DNA of 58,595 nt, filler included, from Sphacelaria rigidula (GCA_964200075.2; 10 parts of 10 records of this genome joined end to end with filler, not necessarily neighbours in it), one strand, 5' to 3'. Shown: positions 35,121 through 48,484, counted from the first letter of the whole stretch. Notes: a model not told the origin generated them from the sequence alone. Made by a program: numbers and translations.

Positions 35121-36671
35121 NNNNNNNNNNNNNNNNNNNNNNNNNNNNNNNNNNNNNNNNNNNNTTAATTAATTAANNNNNNNNNNNNNNNNNNNNNNNN
35201 NNNNNNNNNNNNNNNNNNNNCTCACCATCGCCGTCCCCCCTCCTCTCTCATACGAATGAAAAAAAAGACGAATGCCCCCCCCCCCCCCCCCCCCTCCCTC
35301 TATGATGATGAGTACACCCTCAAAGCCTTCTCCGGAATTACAGAGAAATGGACTCGGTGATGCTGTCTTATTTACCTGTTTTTTTTATAATGTGCAGCAC
35401 CTATACTAATTGCACCGTATGTTTTTGATCCACTCAGTAAGGAGCCCGGCATAAGAAAATTGATTGCTTATGTTACTGTTTGTGTCTGAAATAAGTCTCG
35501 GTCCTAAAACTGACGTTTCTTCCCCCTGTCGTTAACGCACGCACCCGCATTCCCAGGCAACGCACACAGGGCTCTTACATTTCAATAGACCAAAGGCCAA
35601 CAAAAGAGGAAGGGTTCGTGCATGGTAAGAGACGGTCTGGATTCCTACATTTTGCAACACGAATCGTTTCACTATGGGTTCCCGGGCTCTTGTCTACATG
35701 ATATGTTTCGGTAGCTTGGCGTCTCCTCAAAGACGAGAAACAGACAAGATCAACGTTCTACAGGTAGCGTCGAGACTTGCAGGGCTTCAGACAATTCAAA
35801 GATTTGGGTCGCATTTACCTCTACACCCATTCTATTGTGTTTCAAGTAGCGTTAAATGTAACGATTGTCCTGCAAATGTTATCACCGTACAGCAGTGACT
35901 TCTGGTATTGTGAATGACTAATGCCGAGATAGCCCCCTGACGAAACTGTGCACCGGAGACCGTCCGACAAACCGGCTGCAATCCCACTATTGGGCTCGTT
36001 TGCCGCAATTTCGCCGACATGAGGAGCGTGTAGCAGTCCGACATCAGCTGTAACGCCCGACTTCGCGTCGTGCAGCACTAAACCAGCCCTAACGGCATTC
36101 GTGATCATGGCCTCCGTGAACGCTTTCGGCCGGTTCGGGGGAGGGGCTATCTCGGCAGCAGTCGAATCTTGATTTTGGTTGACAACACATTGCATTACCG
36201 TTTTCGCTTTAACCAACTGCGAAGACAAAGTCGTTTTCTTTTGTCTGATGGTTTCATCGCCAATGCAGCTTCTCGTGGCTTGAGTCGCTCACCGCATGAA
36301 ACGACAGTCACCGCCTTTGGCGTCCACCGTAGTGACTTTTCAATCACACAACACATGGTCGTGTCCTTCCAGCTTTCGGGTGATGGTTCAAAGAAGCACG
36401 GGTATCCTTACGTCCCCTGTCTGCGCTGATTTCAATGTAGGCTACGTTCGACCCTTCGACCACGGCCGATCCCCCGGGCTCGAACGATGAGAGTAAAAAC
36501 GCCGAGCGCGCTGTTCGAGGTCACAGTCGGTGAGTGTTGTATTTCCTAGACAATCCTGAGTGTTCCGACGGCATTTGTTGCCGCGATTTCTCCGGCGTAC
36601 CCTGGCACTAGCCAAAACAGGAGATATCTTACATGCAAGTGGTTTCAGCTGCCGGTTCGGACATACAAGGA

Positions 36672-36735
36672 ATTGATTAATTTCTACTGATCGTCGCACT
36701 TTTACTGACCCTCCCAGGGATCCAACCGTGATCAC
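36672..36735 (-). mobile_element. About 60-bp 3' tail of a LINE/SINE with (CAAT)n end; other copies at 41308-41366 and 53243-53302
   Basis: Minus-strand consensus GACCACGGCTGGATCCCTGGGGGGTCAG.TAAAGTGCGACAATCAATCAA. Confidence 0.8.
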
Positions 36736-36781
36736 ATGATAGACGTACCCGACACAGAACAAAACTGAAACACTCGCTTAA

Positions 36782-36879
36782 CCCTTAGACCCCGAGGTTA
36801 GTCTTCTGTTGAATCGGCATCAATTTCAAGTGAAAAAAATTGTGCATGATCCAGAAAGACTAATCTCGCGGTCTAAGGG
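36782..36879 (+). mobile_element. 98-bp piggyBac-like MITE
   Basis: TTAA|CCCTTAGACCCCGAG ... CTCGCGGTCTAAGGG|TAAA. Confidence 0.88.
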
Positions 36880-37464
36880 TAAAGGGAAAATGAGTAAGCA
36901 GCATTTTGCATTGACGGACACCACGGCTCAAGCTCAGCTTCAAGTTATTGTAGTACGGAAACTGCATCTCATCTAGACACAAACAATCCCTATGTATAAG
37001 TAGGTAAGACATTTTGGGCAGCGAGTTGATTTCGCGTGAGCCACGCAAGTCTAGAAGCTCACCGAAAAGCCTTGAAAGCAAGTATCGAGGTGTTGAAAGC
37101 ATGCCTGAAGTCTCAGCGATAGCTTTCGGGTTGGTGTGAACGTCGCCTGCGACAAGTCTCCCTTGCGAAGCGTAGTTGAATAAATAGGCAATGTGTCGAT
37201 GCTGCATCTGAACGTTTTTGTGCCTCATCCCGGCGGGGCTGCCGCCGCTGCTGTGTGTCTGATAGTAATGCTCCAGAGTTTGAGTTATTTCCGCGGGAGA
37301 CATTGGTAGAGAGGCAACCCTCATAACCTCTGCGTGGCATAGAAATGGAGTGTTGTCCAGTGCTGCCAAGGTAGGTGTCACTTTGGTAGTCAGCATCAAA
37401 AGTTTTCAAAGTTCGTTGTTGTTGTAGTTTTTGAGTTTTTCTCGACTATCTTTCATTACTACTT

Positions 37465-38040
37465 GAAAGTGCTAGCGCCGGTATATTTAGGGTGAAAGCC
37501 TAGGCCGCGCTCAAACTGCAGTGCCCAAGTTGATGTTTTTAGGACGGTACGGACTAGATACCCCGTTCATGAGGAGGGCGTTACTGACCGTTTTTGGTCC
37601 AATGAAAACAGTGTTCCGGCTCTTCCGCAACGAAACAGAAAATATTCAGATGAATGTATACGTATACAATCCTTCATAATAACGGTCGAGATCGTGTTTC
37701 CCTTCTATAATGCACAGGCCTCAGTCTAGCATTTTCTGCGGATGGCCTCTTTTCGGATTTGTTTCGCATAACATTTTCCATGAGCACTCGAAAGTGCTAG
37801 CATCGATAGTTTTGGCAAAATAAGCAGACCGTGCTCAACTTACGATGCCCAAGTTGGTGTTGTGGGGGCAATACGGAGTAAATATCCCGTTTATCAGGGG
37901 GTGTTATTGGCCGTGAATGTTTCAAGTAACATAGTTTCCGGCTTTAGCGCAGTGAATCGGTGGAATTTCAAGAATATAATCTTTTTTGAGTCTTCAGTTA
38001 TGTGATCAGGATCGAGTCGGTCCACCGAAAATATCGAAAA
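37465..38040. repeat. Degenerate direct duplication, 325-bp period
   Basis: GAAAGTGCTAGC at 37465 and 37790, followed by collinear GCTCAA..TGCCCAAGTTG..CCCGTT..TTCCGGCT blocks. Confidence 0.7.
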
Positions 38041-38394
38041 GCTAGAACCTGGGGTTGCACTTTCGCATGACTCCCCGAAGATCGGTCAAGCCCGCAAGTC
38101 TCTCAATATTGATCGCGACAATATATATTTTTCAATAATTGTCAAGAGGATTTAGCTGTCTCCTGATACCCACTTCTTGGCATCTAACAGTCACTGTGAT
38201 GAGCGGTGGCAAGCGAAACAAATCTGAGAAATCTTTGGGACACTAAGAAATGACAACTTCTGCTTACTTCTGACGCTGAATGCTGTACCTGCGAATGCCC
38301 CCAGTCACACAGCGGGCACAGAATACGCCGTATCGGAGGCAAACATTACACAGGACACAGGTGCAAGTATACCCTGGCCTGGATCTGATTTTAG

Positions 38395-40646
38395 GCTCAA
38401 TCAGATTCTACCAGGTTCCGTGTACCTCTGGGCATGCGGAGAGCATGGCGAGGGTGACGACGCACCTAATGTCTCCCGACCTGAGTGTTGCGCAGGCTGG
38501 GTTATCCTCATTGTGAGTGCAGAATTGCTCGAACCTATAACTCGTTGGTCTGCTCTGTACCGTTGCAAACGGTAGGAAACACGAATCTGGGTCATTCTCT
38601 GCCGGCAAACCAACCGCTCCCAAGGAGTGCATTATTATGGTTTCGGAAAACCTCTCCAGCCGTTCTATTATTCCGGTGTTTAGCGGCGTCGATTCGGGTT
38701 TTCCCCATGTCATGTGTTGTGCGCTCTCTACTTGACTGGTGCCGTGGCTTTGCTCCCCACCCACGTGCTACGCTTGGTGGCGCGTAGGAGGAATGAGCAG
38801 CAGCTCCCACCAAACGCAAAACTGTACAATCTGGCGATGATAAATACCGTGTCGTTTTGCTCACGGGCCCATCCACTCACCACCGATCCTCTGCCTTCGT
38901 CTCGCCCCTTGTAACTCACGCCTTGAGACTTCTGGTAGACGCAGTTCCTGTGCTACACTGAGCTCTGGGCCGTCTCCGGAAATCGTCCCCCAAGCGGCAG
39001 TCAAGCTTTCGCTGAATATTCCATTTTAGCCATAGCGGTTGCCATGTTCCTGTTATTGTCAATAGCTTCGGCAGATCTGTGGGGGGGCTTAGCTCTCGTC
39101 TGGGAAGGACGCGGTTCGGGTAACTTTATCCTCTTGACGCCTCGGAGAACCTTCGGGGTCTGCCTCTTGTTAACGTTCGGCGCGCTGGTCGGCGCTTCCA
39201 CGCGGGTGTTATTCTACTCCTCTCTGGAAGACGTGGAGTTAGTTGTCGGGGCCGCCGCGGTTCTCTTCATCGCCGATGTGGTGAGGGTTTTGCAAAATTT
39301 TCTCGGTGCTGCTTGCGTGAAAACCAATCGGAACGGTCGCCACAGATTGACCACGAAACTGGAACGGACTTGAATCGCTTGAATATTTAAACCGAGCTCT
39401 AGTCCGTTATCCATAGCTTCTGTTCGCCATGCAGCGATTAGTACTTTTTCTACATTCATATGTGAGAACTCAACGAAAGTCATGAGGGCATAATTTGTGC
39501 TGAACTCTGAACACGGAGCTTTCAACATGGTTATCGACTGCGTTACAGGATGAAAAGGCCATGACGGTGCTCAAAAGCGTCAAAGGGACATGGCGCTTAT
39601 TCTGGGTGCTCGAGGCAATCGGCTTGAGTTTCGGGCTCGCTTTGCTGGTGATAAAACTGACGGGAAACGACGAAACTCTTAGGGGCAAGCGCAGCAGCTG
39701 TAAGTTTTTCTGGTGGGCATCAAGTTGTAGTATCTACGACTGGTGGTTCATCTTGAACATCTACCCAATTGCGGTGACAGTGTTGGCCTTGGTAGCAGTG
39801 AGAGCCATCTCACGACCGGATATTTCCCTCGTCGTTCGAGTGCTTCGCCCCCCTTCTCGGAACTGGATATGCTTCTCTCTGGTCTCGGTGGTCTGGGTTT
39901 CAATGCAAGTATTGTTCCGATGGGATGCTGCACTACCATTATTCTCAGAATCTCCGATCAGGACGGGCCCGTACGCCATGACGGACTCATCAATCGCAGG
40001 GTTATCGCTCCTAGGACTCGTCCTGCTTCTCGGAGGAATCGCGCTGTTTGTTAGATGTGACTACTGTCGTAAACTGAAACTGGCATATACCAGAGGGTCC
40101 CTAAGATTCCGCCCGGTCGATCGACGACGGCGTCGTTGGCTGTTTATGTCCGGGATTGGTGTATTTTTGGCAGAATTCATCTTCAACTATGCACTTGATG
40201 AGTACTACGGCACTGTGTATTGGTCCTGGATTGGCTTGTTGCTTGCATTCCATTCCATGGCTACGAGCGTATGGTTGATATTCGGGATGGAGTTGGCCGA
40301 CTTACGTTCGCCTAGTTGTCTCATCGTTGATGCGGCCCGGGCTCTGCAACCTCCTCTGAGATCTATGCTATTAGGATGGTCCTCATACGAAGGAATAGCC
40401 CTACTTCATATGTGGCTGGTTTGGGCGATTGATAACCACGCCTCCACCGGTCATGACGCACTTTTTCTTTTTGCGGAAAAGGTGGCAGGGGTTATGTGGA
40501 ACCTTATGCTGGGGACGCTGTTGTGGGGTTGGACGCTCGAAGTCCGGGACATAGCATATTGGTATGTAGCGACTATTCTAGTATCTAATCTCGCTGTGTG
40601 TGGAGGAACGTGGAGTTCCGCAGTGTCTGGTAGAGTTGTGACGTGA
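38395..40646 (+). CDS. Spliced gene for an unknown multipass membrane protein (exons about 38395-38512, 38939-39280, 39549-40646; about 520 aa or more; 5' end uncertain)
   Basis: Donors GTGAGT (38513) and GTGAGG (39281) and acceptors TAG (38938) and CAG (39548) all join in phase 0: GWVILI|TQFLCYTELW...AVLFIADV|DEKAMTVLK. About ten or more hydrophobic segments. Confidence 0.8.
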
Positions 40647-41397
40647 TGACGTGAGGAGATGGCTTGGAATCGAGAAGTTGATGGGAACTTGGTTTTGTAT
40701 GCCGACAGCTTAGGAGTACGGTAACTAGGTGTCATGTGGTCGTTTAAGAGCACGGGTGGTGGTACACGAAGATTCTAACACGAGCTCCGACAATGCGAAA
40801 GCGCGATGTAAAAAGTGCGCTGGAAGACAAGCATGTGGAGAGGGCGACGACGAACTGGTCAGTGTAGGAAGACAAGGCTGGTTGGGTAGAAAATGTGTGC
40901 CTTGGAGATTTCTGATGGTATCAAATATTTGCGGGCAATATACAAAAAAGGGTAGACCCTTATGTTTTTGGAGCAAAAAAGGGTGGCGCNNNNNNNNNNN
41001 NNNNNNNNNNNNNNNNNNNNNNNNNNNNNNNNNTTAATTAATTAANNNNNNNNNNNNNNNNNNNNNNNNNNNNNNNNNNNNNNNNNNNNTTTTTTCTGTG
41101 CTTTGCTAGTGTTGACTTTTTTTTTTGTCACGACTTAGTCTGCTATGTCGTTCTGTTCGATCCCTCTTCTTTTTCTTTTTTTCTTCTGTTCCTCTTTTTT
41201 TTTCTCTTGTTCCTTCCTATTTTTTCCTTAGAGCATGTTTCAAAATTAATTGGAGAGTTAGAGTATTCACCGCTTCATGTGACGTGTTTATGGCGTATTA
41301 TTTTTATTTGATTGATTCATTGATTGTCGCACTTTAGCTGACCCCCCAGGGGTCCAGCCGTGGTCTAATGATAGACATACTCAAGAAAAGCGAAACT

Positions 41398-41645
41398 GAA
41401 ACGTTACATTCGAACGTGACACGTGACAATGTCACGTTACATATTACGTTACATGTAACGAAACGTCACGTTAAATTTCTTCAACGTGATTAACGTCACG
41501 TTCACGTTACGTAGAATTCCCAGATGGCACGTTCACGTAACGTTACATTTTCCAAACGTGACCCGCGTCACGTGTCACGTTACGTGAAATTTGACGAACG
41601 TGATTCACGCCACATTCACGTTCACGTGTCACGTATCCCTCCCTG
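41398..41645. mobile_element. End of a hAT-like element with ACGT-rich subterminal repeats
   Basis: Dense CACGTT/AACGTG repeats ending ...CGTATCCCTCCCTG (CAGGG terminus). Same style as 54341-56103. Confidence 0.65.
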
Positions 41646-44317
41646 GAAATATTCAGAACTCTCATGTACCTGCTAGGTTTCCGAACTATTGATCTGCAGT
41701 GATTCCGTTCTACGTGACAGCCAAAACTAGAACACAGCTGTCTAGCTTTTCCCGTCAGGTGCCTTGATCGTATCTTCATTGGGACATTTTTCTGTATACA
41801 GTTCGAGTTACCACATAACCTGCAAGCCGGTATTCATCGTTTGTGGAAGCGGTTCAACACAGGAATTCGGGTACTGCTCTTATCGTGTCTACACGATGTG
41901 TATGGTGATTCCACGCTTCTCTTCGCCGGACCGAAGTGTCATGTCCGCGAAGCACCCAAAGTTGAGCGAGACACCCGATGGGTGAGTGGCACAACGACTT
42001 TCATGACAGTACATTTCAAACCTGGTGGATGGACACACCATCGATAGGTACGAACACCTCAGATAGCGTGAAAAGCAAAAAACGTGAACGGGCTGTTCGA
42101 AGAAATCATGACGACCACAGAGAAAAATTCTCCTTCTCCTCTTTTTGTCTTGAGATGCTCCGCCCAAATACACTTGCTTTTACCATCCAATCTCTTGACG
42201 AGTTGATCGCGGACGCAGGCGACACCCTCCCTGTTCACACACCCTACATCCTGTTGCTGACCATCCACACGCAGCCCATGGCATCTGCCTTATCCTCCAG
42301 CTTTGAAGGCGTACACCCTGAACATGAAAAAAACTTATAATTTGAATATGATTTCCGGCTTACTGACCTGACCGCGGAACGCGCCCTGAAATTGAGGCTG
42401 CAGTGCAATGCATTGGGGTTGTAAACACCCAACGCAACAAACGGCGCTCGGATCGCGCACGTAACCGTGGAGAACCGCCCGGATAAAACCTATCTCCCGA
42501 TGGAGTATATCCTGAGCAACGCACCGTCCATAATGAATACAAGTGAAAAATAGTCACAGCCAAAAGGGGCTCCGGGGGAAACGTCGAGGGGCAGGTCTCA
42601 ATCGGTCACGGAGTAACTTTAGTTCGGTGCGTGCGCATGTGTAAATATGATACACTCAGGCATTTTCTGTTGAGGAGAGCTCTACCGCTTCTGTGCACAG
42701 CCACACAAGGAACCCAAGGCTAATAGCATGGCGTGTACTGGAAAAGCAACATCGTGGTGACCCAATCGTGCCCTCCTCTTCGTCTGTGGTGTTGATTGTA
42801 TTGGTGCCGCCGTGTTCGCCGTACCGCCTCTACACCTTCCGTCCGCTGCGACTTGAGCTTGTATGCCGTGAATACACGGACAGGTGTCACTCACCCTCCG
42901 TTCACCCCAGGGTCGGGCATATGTTGTATCGGCATCCGTTTCACTTGAAAAATGTATGAATGCAAAACCGAGATGATCCACTCGGCGGTTGGAGTTCAAT
43001 TTCAGCGCCGGTTATTGTAGGAAGAGGCGATCGTCTCCAGAGATTTTGACTTGAAAAATGAACACAAAACACCACCCTTACGATCAAGCGTCACTTTCAC
43101 GAGGGTGGGAGGGAAGAGTGACGCTCTCCAAAGGAGAAATCCGATACTCGACGATACCCACAGAAAAAGGGAGGAATGCGGCAGGGGGCACAGAGAAGAA
43201 AACATTGTACTGTACTGATGGTACTGTGCTGTACGGTGCACTTCGGCTTTGTCTATTCACACAGACAGCAGCAACCTCATCATGGGTCAGTTGTATTTGT
43301 ATGGGCGTACTAATTACTTCAAAAATAAATGCCCACCGCGGCCCAAGGACAGTTCTTTGCAACTGGAGGCAGAAAGGGATGGCGGTGTCGGAGGGTTCCA
43401 GGGTTTCGTGTTATCTGATCCTTGGTGGGTGATATCCATCGACAAACGGAACGAACGCAACGGGTGGGAGAGAGAAGACAACACCGTACTGTAATGTAAA
43501 GCATTTGACTGTTGTCCTGTACTATGCGTTTTCGATCTGCGCTGTCTAGACCCGAACAGACGGGCACCCCCAGGGTGGGTCATCTGTGTTGCATTGTCAC
43601 AGTTTTGAAGTAAAAATGAATGATGAACAGGCCGTACGGGCGATGCAATGCAGCAGGGAGGTGTGCGTGTCATGGGTGCAAATGGCCTTATGCGCTTCTT
43701 TCCCAACCGACCGGGCGGCTCATTCGTTTCTTTGCCGCTCGACTGGGCGGATCATTCTCATCTCTTTGGCTTGTACGATTTCCCAACAGGAAGACCCTAC
43801 ACACTTTTCGAGAACAGTTCCTATATCGTTTGGCCTCGATTGGCATGTCTAACTGTAGACATCATCTTTTCTAGAACTGTTTTGGAAACAAACATGTTCC
43901 GACCTCAATAAATATATGAGGAGCGGTCAAGAACATTGCTCCAAGCCGGAAATGTTTGACGTCCCAAGGTCGACGATGTCTGACAAAGTTGGAGAAGCGT
44001 GTTCTAAGGTGGCCAGTATCTGACCATATTCCAAAAATGTGTTCCAAACAGACAGAATAGCTGTACATATTAGAGGAAGTCCTTCTAGAGTGAACAGATA
44101 CTCTGCGCGTTTTGGACATATACTTCTTACAGGAAATTGTTCTTCTATGTTTGTCGGACATATACATCCTGGAGTGAGAATGTTTCAAATCTTCAGATAT
44201 TCCCCACTCATCATGTACTGTGCTGGCAGTGGGTTCAACGCCAGCACAGGGGCTTGATTCAAAATGATGGAGACCGCCCCTACAGGGCTTGACAGGTCGG
44301 CAGCTTAGGTGCCGTCA

Positions 44318-46493
44318 CTGTTATGGGTGCGCCTGACCCCCCAAAATGGGCAAAACAAGTGTCACCGACCAAAAGCACGAGCAGACCGGAGATCTCGTTC
44401 ATCCCCTGATTGTGCATCCCGTAAACTCCCCCAAAGTACTTGGGATTTGAGTGGGGTTTTCACTTGACGATTCCCCATTTTCGTCGCCCCGAACTACGAA
44501 CCACGGCGTGCCTCGACTACTCACCGGCGTGTATTTGTCCAAGCTTCAGTCTGATACGATTGTGGCACCAAAGGAGTTATGGTGATCGAGGAAAGCGCAA
44601 AAAAAATTTTTTTTTCCAAACAATTTGTTATAAAACTCGAATCCCGATGAGATAAAAAAATCGACCATGGGATTTGTAGCTGTCGTCTTGGCGCAGATGA
44701 TGCTAACAATCGCATCACAATCGATGACCTTGGCGATGAGTAATGGGGGTAACCGTTTGGGCTATGAGCGCAAACCAGCGCCCCCAACCCCTGCCGGTTT
44801 CCACGACATGCGAAAACCTCACCCGTGTCCAAGGGCATCAGCATAGATTACAACCATGAATGACTCTCGATCGTGCAGATGATTGATACATCGCATGTGT
44901 TGAACGTTCGATAGGTGTCGAATTTGAACCTTCGACCGAACCCCTAAAAGCTTCCGTGTCTGCGAGACATTTGCCCCCATCTGTGCATCGCTTGTGATAG
45001 TGGCGAGAGTAGCGCTCGTTCTCCTGCACCCGGTGCCATCCCCACGCCACCATCGATAACGTAGCTTTGTATCTAATCTCACCTGGCGGCAAGTATGGAC
45101 AAACTTTGAACTGAAGGGGGAAAGAAAGCCACAGAGCAAGCTGGCGTTCAAGAAGAGAAAGCAGTATCCGCAACGGCAACACGCTCCAACAGCCGTTATA
45201 GACATGATCATGAGTCGCACGAACGAAAGCAAGAATCATCTTTGCGATCTTGCAGCAGCGAAGCGAACAAATTATAACACAAACCCAACCCTCATCACAA
45301 CAAGGGCATACCGAGAATCCTCGGGCAAGGTGGGTACAACGTGTTCTCTTAGCGAAGTGTGCGTTGCCAGACCTCAAATTCGTGCCCCAGGCGCCGATTC
45401 AGACAAAAACGCGTTGTGGGCACGCTAGGAGTATGCCAGGAGCACAGCTCCCATGAAAACATCCGGATTTCGGTGTTCACACTAAAATCAAGATGGGCAA
45501 ACTTACCGTCCCGAATGGTCAACTATACTGCGTCAAGACGACACAAAAGACAGCATAAAGTCGTCGGCCCAATTTTGCTGAAGCCACATGGCACCGAAGC
45601 CCCATTCATGTCTTTCTTGGTTTGCTTTCATTCCCTCTTGGAACACGATATCTTAGGAGTCCGATGAAAATCATGCATATTCATGAAATGAAAAGGCATG
45701 CCCACGGAACAACAATTACACTTGCACAGGGCGAGTCATTCATCCGCTAAAATTGTAGAACGATGGGATCCGATAAATCAAACTGCTTAAAACATGAGGC
45801 AGTCGACCAACATCCGCCCAGCCTACATTACACACCCGGCGACTGTACTCCACTCGTCTGTGTAAGGGCGTCCTCGTTGAAGTTCATCAATACATAAGGT
45901 TCTGTCGCATATTGGGCATATGATTTTGCCCCAACTTCGATCTGCGTTCACAAAAATAAATGGTTCAGCGTTCCGGTTTCAGTTTCCGGCGTTAGGCCAC
46001 AAGTGTTCATGGTTGATATTACTTGGTTTGAGTGTGTACAACGAGAACTAGAATTCAAGTAGGGCTGACAGTCCCGTGGGCTCCTCGTGTGAGCAGAACG
46101 TGTTTTCGTTTAAATCGGTGCTACAGGCGCAGATTTCGGGTCTAGCGAGGCCCCACTTTGTTTGGAGAATGTATGTACCGCCCTTGCCCGAGGGTTCTCG
46201 GTGTGGGTTGGGTCAGGTCAACCCAACTAGCCTCATCGCATTCCAGCGTATCGCAAGCGCGGACGAAAAGCGACGCATTGGCATGCAATATATGGGGAAC
46301 AACATTGGAAGTAACGGTAGGGTTCTCTATATGAGTTTTGGATCCATGTCGTTCTCTTCCGATGACGTAGGGCATATTTTACCCGATGAGATTGGATAAG
46401 CCTCAAAAGTCGATCTGTTCGTGTCTTCCGTGATTTTGGTCGGTAACACTTTTTTTTCCCATTTCGGGGGGGTCAGGCGCACCGCCATAACTG
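44318..46493. mobile_element. 2.2-kb non-autonomous TIR element (Tc1/mariner-like CAGT end, TA flank)
   Basis: About 70-bp inverted repeats: GTTATGG..GTGCGCCTGACCCCCC.AAATGGG..AAGTGT.ACCGACCAAAA.CACG at 44318-44390 and 46421-46493. TA at 46494-46495. Confidence 0.75.
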
Positions 46494-46958
46494 TAACATC
46501 TGATTCCACGGTATATTTATGTCTTCCCCATCATCTTGGTTGGACGAGAAATTCGTCGCCCCCGAACCACCCCTCCACTGTGCTCCCGCCGTGTTACGTA
46601 CACAGGTACTCGCCAATGATTGTTTGCGTGGATTAACTCGGGTGCTGTGCTGGTTCATTGCCAGCTATCAAGCGTGTTTTGTCCTCTGAGTCACATTCAG
46701 CCCAGCGAGTCTCGGGTTAGCTGAATGAAACCTTGGGAAGCATTGAACCCAGCAGGATTCTTTCACGACACTTTCTACGATAGCCCCCCCCCCAAAATGC
46801 ATGGTTTCGGGAGGCAAAATCTTCACGTAAATCGGAATGGGAAAGGCCGAGCACAACGNNNNNNNNNNNNNNNNNNNNNNNNNNNNNNNNNNNNNNNNNN
46901 NNTTAATTAATTAANNNNNNNNNNNNNNNNNNNNNNNNNNNNNNNNNNNNNNNNNNNN

Positions 46959-47266
46959 CAAATCTATTGATGGCGGTAATAGCTATTGATGGATAACTCA
47001 CTTGATCTATTGATGACGGCAATGGCTATCGATATATACAACCCAGAATCTATTGCGGTACACCATTTCCATCGATGGCGAGGGATCTTTATCTATTGTA
47101 ATTGCCATAGGCTATCGATCGACTATTGCAACATCTATTGTTCCTTGCAATGCATCTCAATAGATGTCTTTCGCCATCTATTGTGTTCGATAATATATAT
47201 CGATAGAGTTTTCGCCGTGTCTATTGCTGAAGCAATGAACTATTATTGTGTCCATTGTCCAGGGTG
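46959..47266. repeat. CTATTG/CTATCGAT-rich subterminal repeat region ending in CATTGTCCAGGGTG
   Basis: Repeated TCTATTG and TATCGAT motifs. The terminus resembles the CACYCTGKATAATG TIR of 51751-52111. Confidence 0.6.
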
Positions 47267-47398
47267 TGCTCAACTCATTTTGGTGTCAGCCAGCGGTACC
47301 ATTTTTCTTTGTCTGGGTTGTACGGTACAACTCAGGGCGTGCCTGTACGAGACATTTTGTGTTATGCGCTGTTTGGGTCAAGCGAATTTGCAAGCTTC

Positions 47399-48357
47399 CA
47401 AGGACAGGTCGAGTAGATTATACCCAATACTTGGCATTTCGGAAAATCTATATTCGAAGTACCCAAATATGTGGGTAGATGGATCATTTTAGATCGTACC
47501 CAGCACACCCAAATTTTGGGTGGAGAATTGAGATCATACCCTAGTGATACTTTATACTCAGGTATTGCTGAGAGTGCTTATCCAATTCTTCCTCTGTCCC
47601 ATGCGTGAAAGTACCTAAATCTGTACGGGCCCTTAACGATATCTGATCGTTTTTTTTCTTAATGGGCTCCACGGTGTTTTTGGGGTTAAAAAATTGTGTT
47701 CAAAATTTGCAGCTCGTGCTTGAAACATGCCGCCGAACCGCTGCAAAAAAAGTAGTCGGCCCAAAAATGGCCGTCTTTTGCCCCTTTCCGAGGGGGAAAA
47801 AAGTGTCCATTTTTTTTCTTTACCCCCGCCTTCACTGGGGCTCGCTGCCAGGAGGTCCCACGCGATCAACAAGAAAAAAATAGACACTTTTTTCCCCTCG
47901 AAAAGGGGCAAAAAACGGCCATTATTGGCCTGACCACTTTTCTTGCAGCCATTCGGCGGCATGATTCAAGCACGAGCTGCATATTTTCAACACATTTTTT
48001 GAACCCAAAAAACACCGTGGAGTCCATTAAAAAAAAAAAATCGGACATCGTTAAGGGCCCGTACAAATTTAGGTGCCTTTACTTATGGGACAGAGGAAAT
48101 ATTTGAGTTGAGTTTTGAGGTCGTGCCCAGCATACCTAATTTTTGGGTTGAGTATTGAGGTCACACCCACGCGATACTCTATACCCAGGTATTGCTGAGA
48201 GAGTGCTTGCCCAATATTTGTGTGGAGTATTTGAGGTAGTACCCAACCTACCCTGAATTTGGGTGGAGTTTTCAAGATTGTACTCAATTTACCCAAACCT
48301 TGGGTAGACTGAATACCCGGGTATTCAAAAGTACATAGCCTACCGGACCTGCCCTTG
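47399..48357. mobile_element. CAAGGG-TIR non-autonomous element with 8-bp TSD, containing a nested MITE
   Basis: CAAGGACAGGTCGAGTAG ... CTACCGGACCTGCCCTTG. Flanks CAAGCTTC (47391-47398) and CAAGCTTT (48358-48365). Confidence 0.85.
47588..48099. mobile_element. 512-bp foldback Stowaway-like MITE (about 230-bp arms)
   Basis: Termini CTTCCTCTGTCCCAT / ATGGGACAGAGGAAA|TA resemble the Stowaway CTCCCTCCGTCCC end. The arms are long reverse complements. Confidence 0.9.
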
Positions 48358-48484
48358 CAAGCTTTTGACCCCAAAAAGACGGTGAAAGTCGTGAAGCCGT
48401 ACTCGCGTCACTTGTAATCAGTACAGGCAGTACGGTACTTTTTTTTGCTTGGTGCCGCGTGTGTTTTGTTAAGTATGATGTTAT

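Larger units (their letters stand above)
35842..37399 (-). pseudogene. Possible decayed coding region of unknown identity, interrupted by a MITE and a retroposon tail
   Basis: Consecutive minus-strand ORFs (36860-37399, 36442-36762, 35842-36228); the last two share a frame across several stops. No recognisable motif. Confidence 0.3.

Noticed and set aside
42278..42550. SAP-like peptide (LRLQCNALGL) in a broken ORF
   Set aside because: Interrupted by stops; the similarity is too short to support.
44838..45120. piggyBac transposase remnant (GEIRYKATLSMVAWGW)
   Set aside because: Catalytic-region motifs are absent and the enclosing TIRs are not piggyBac-type.
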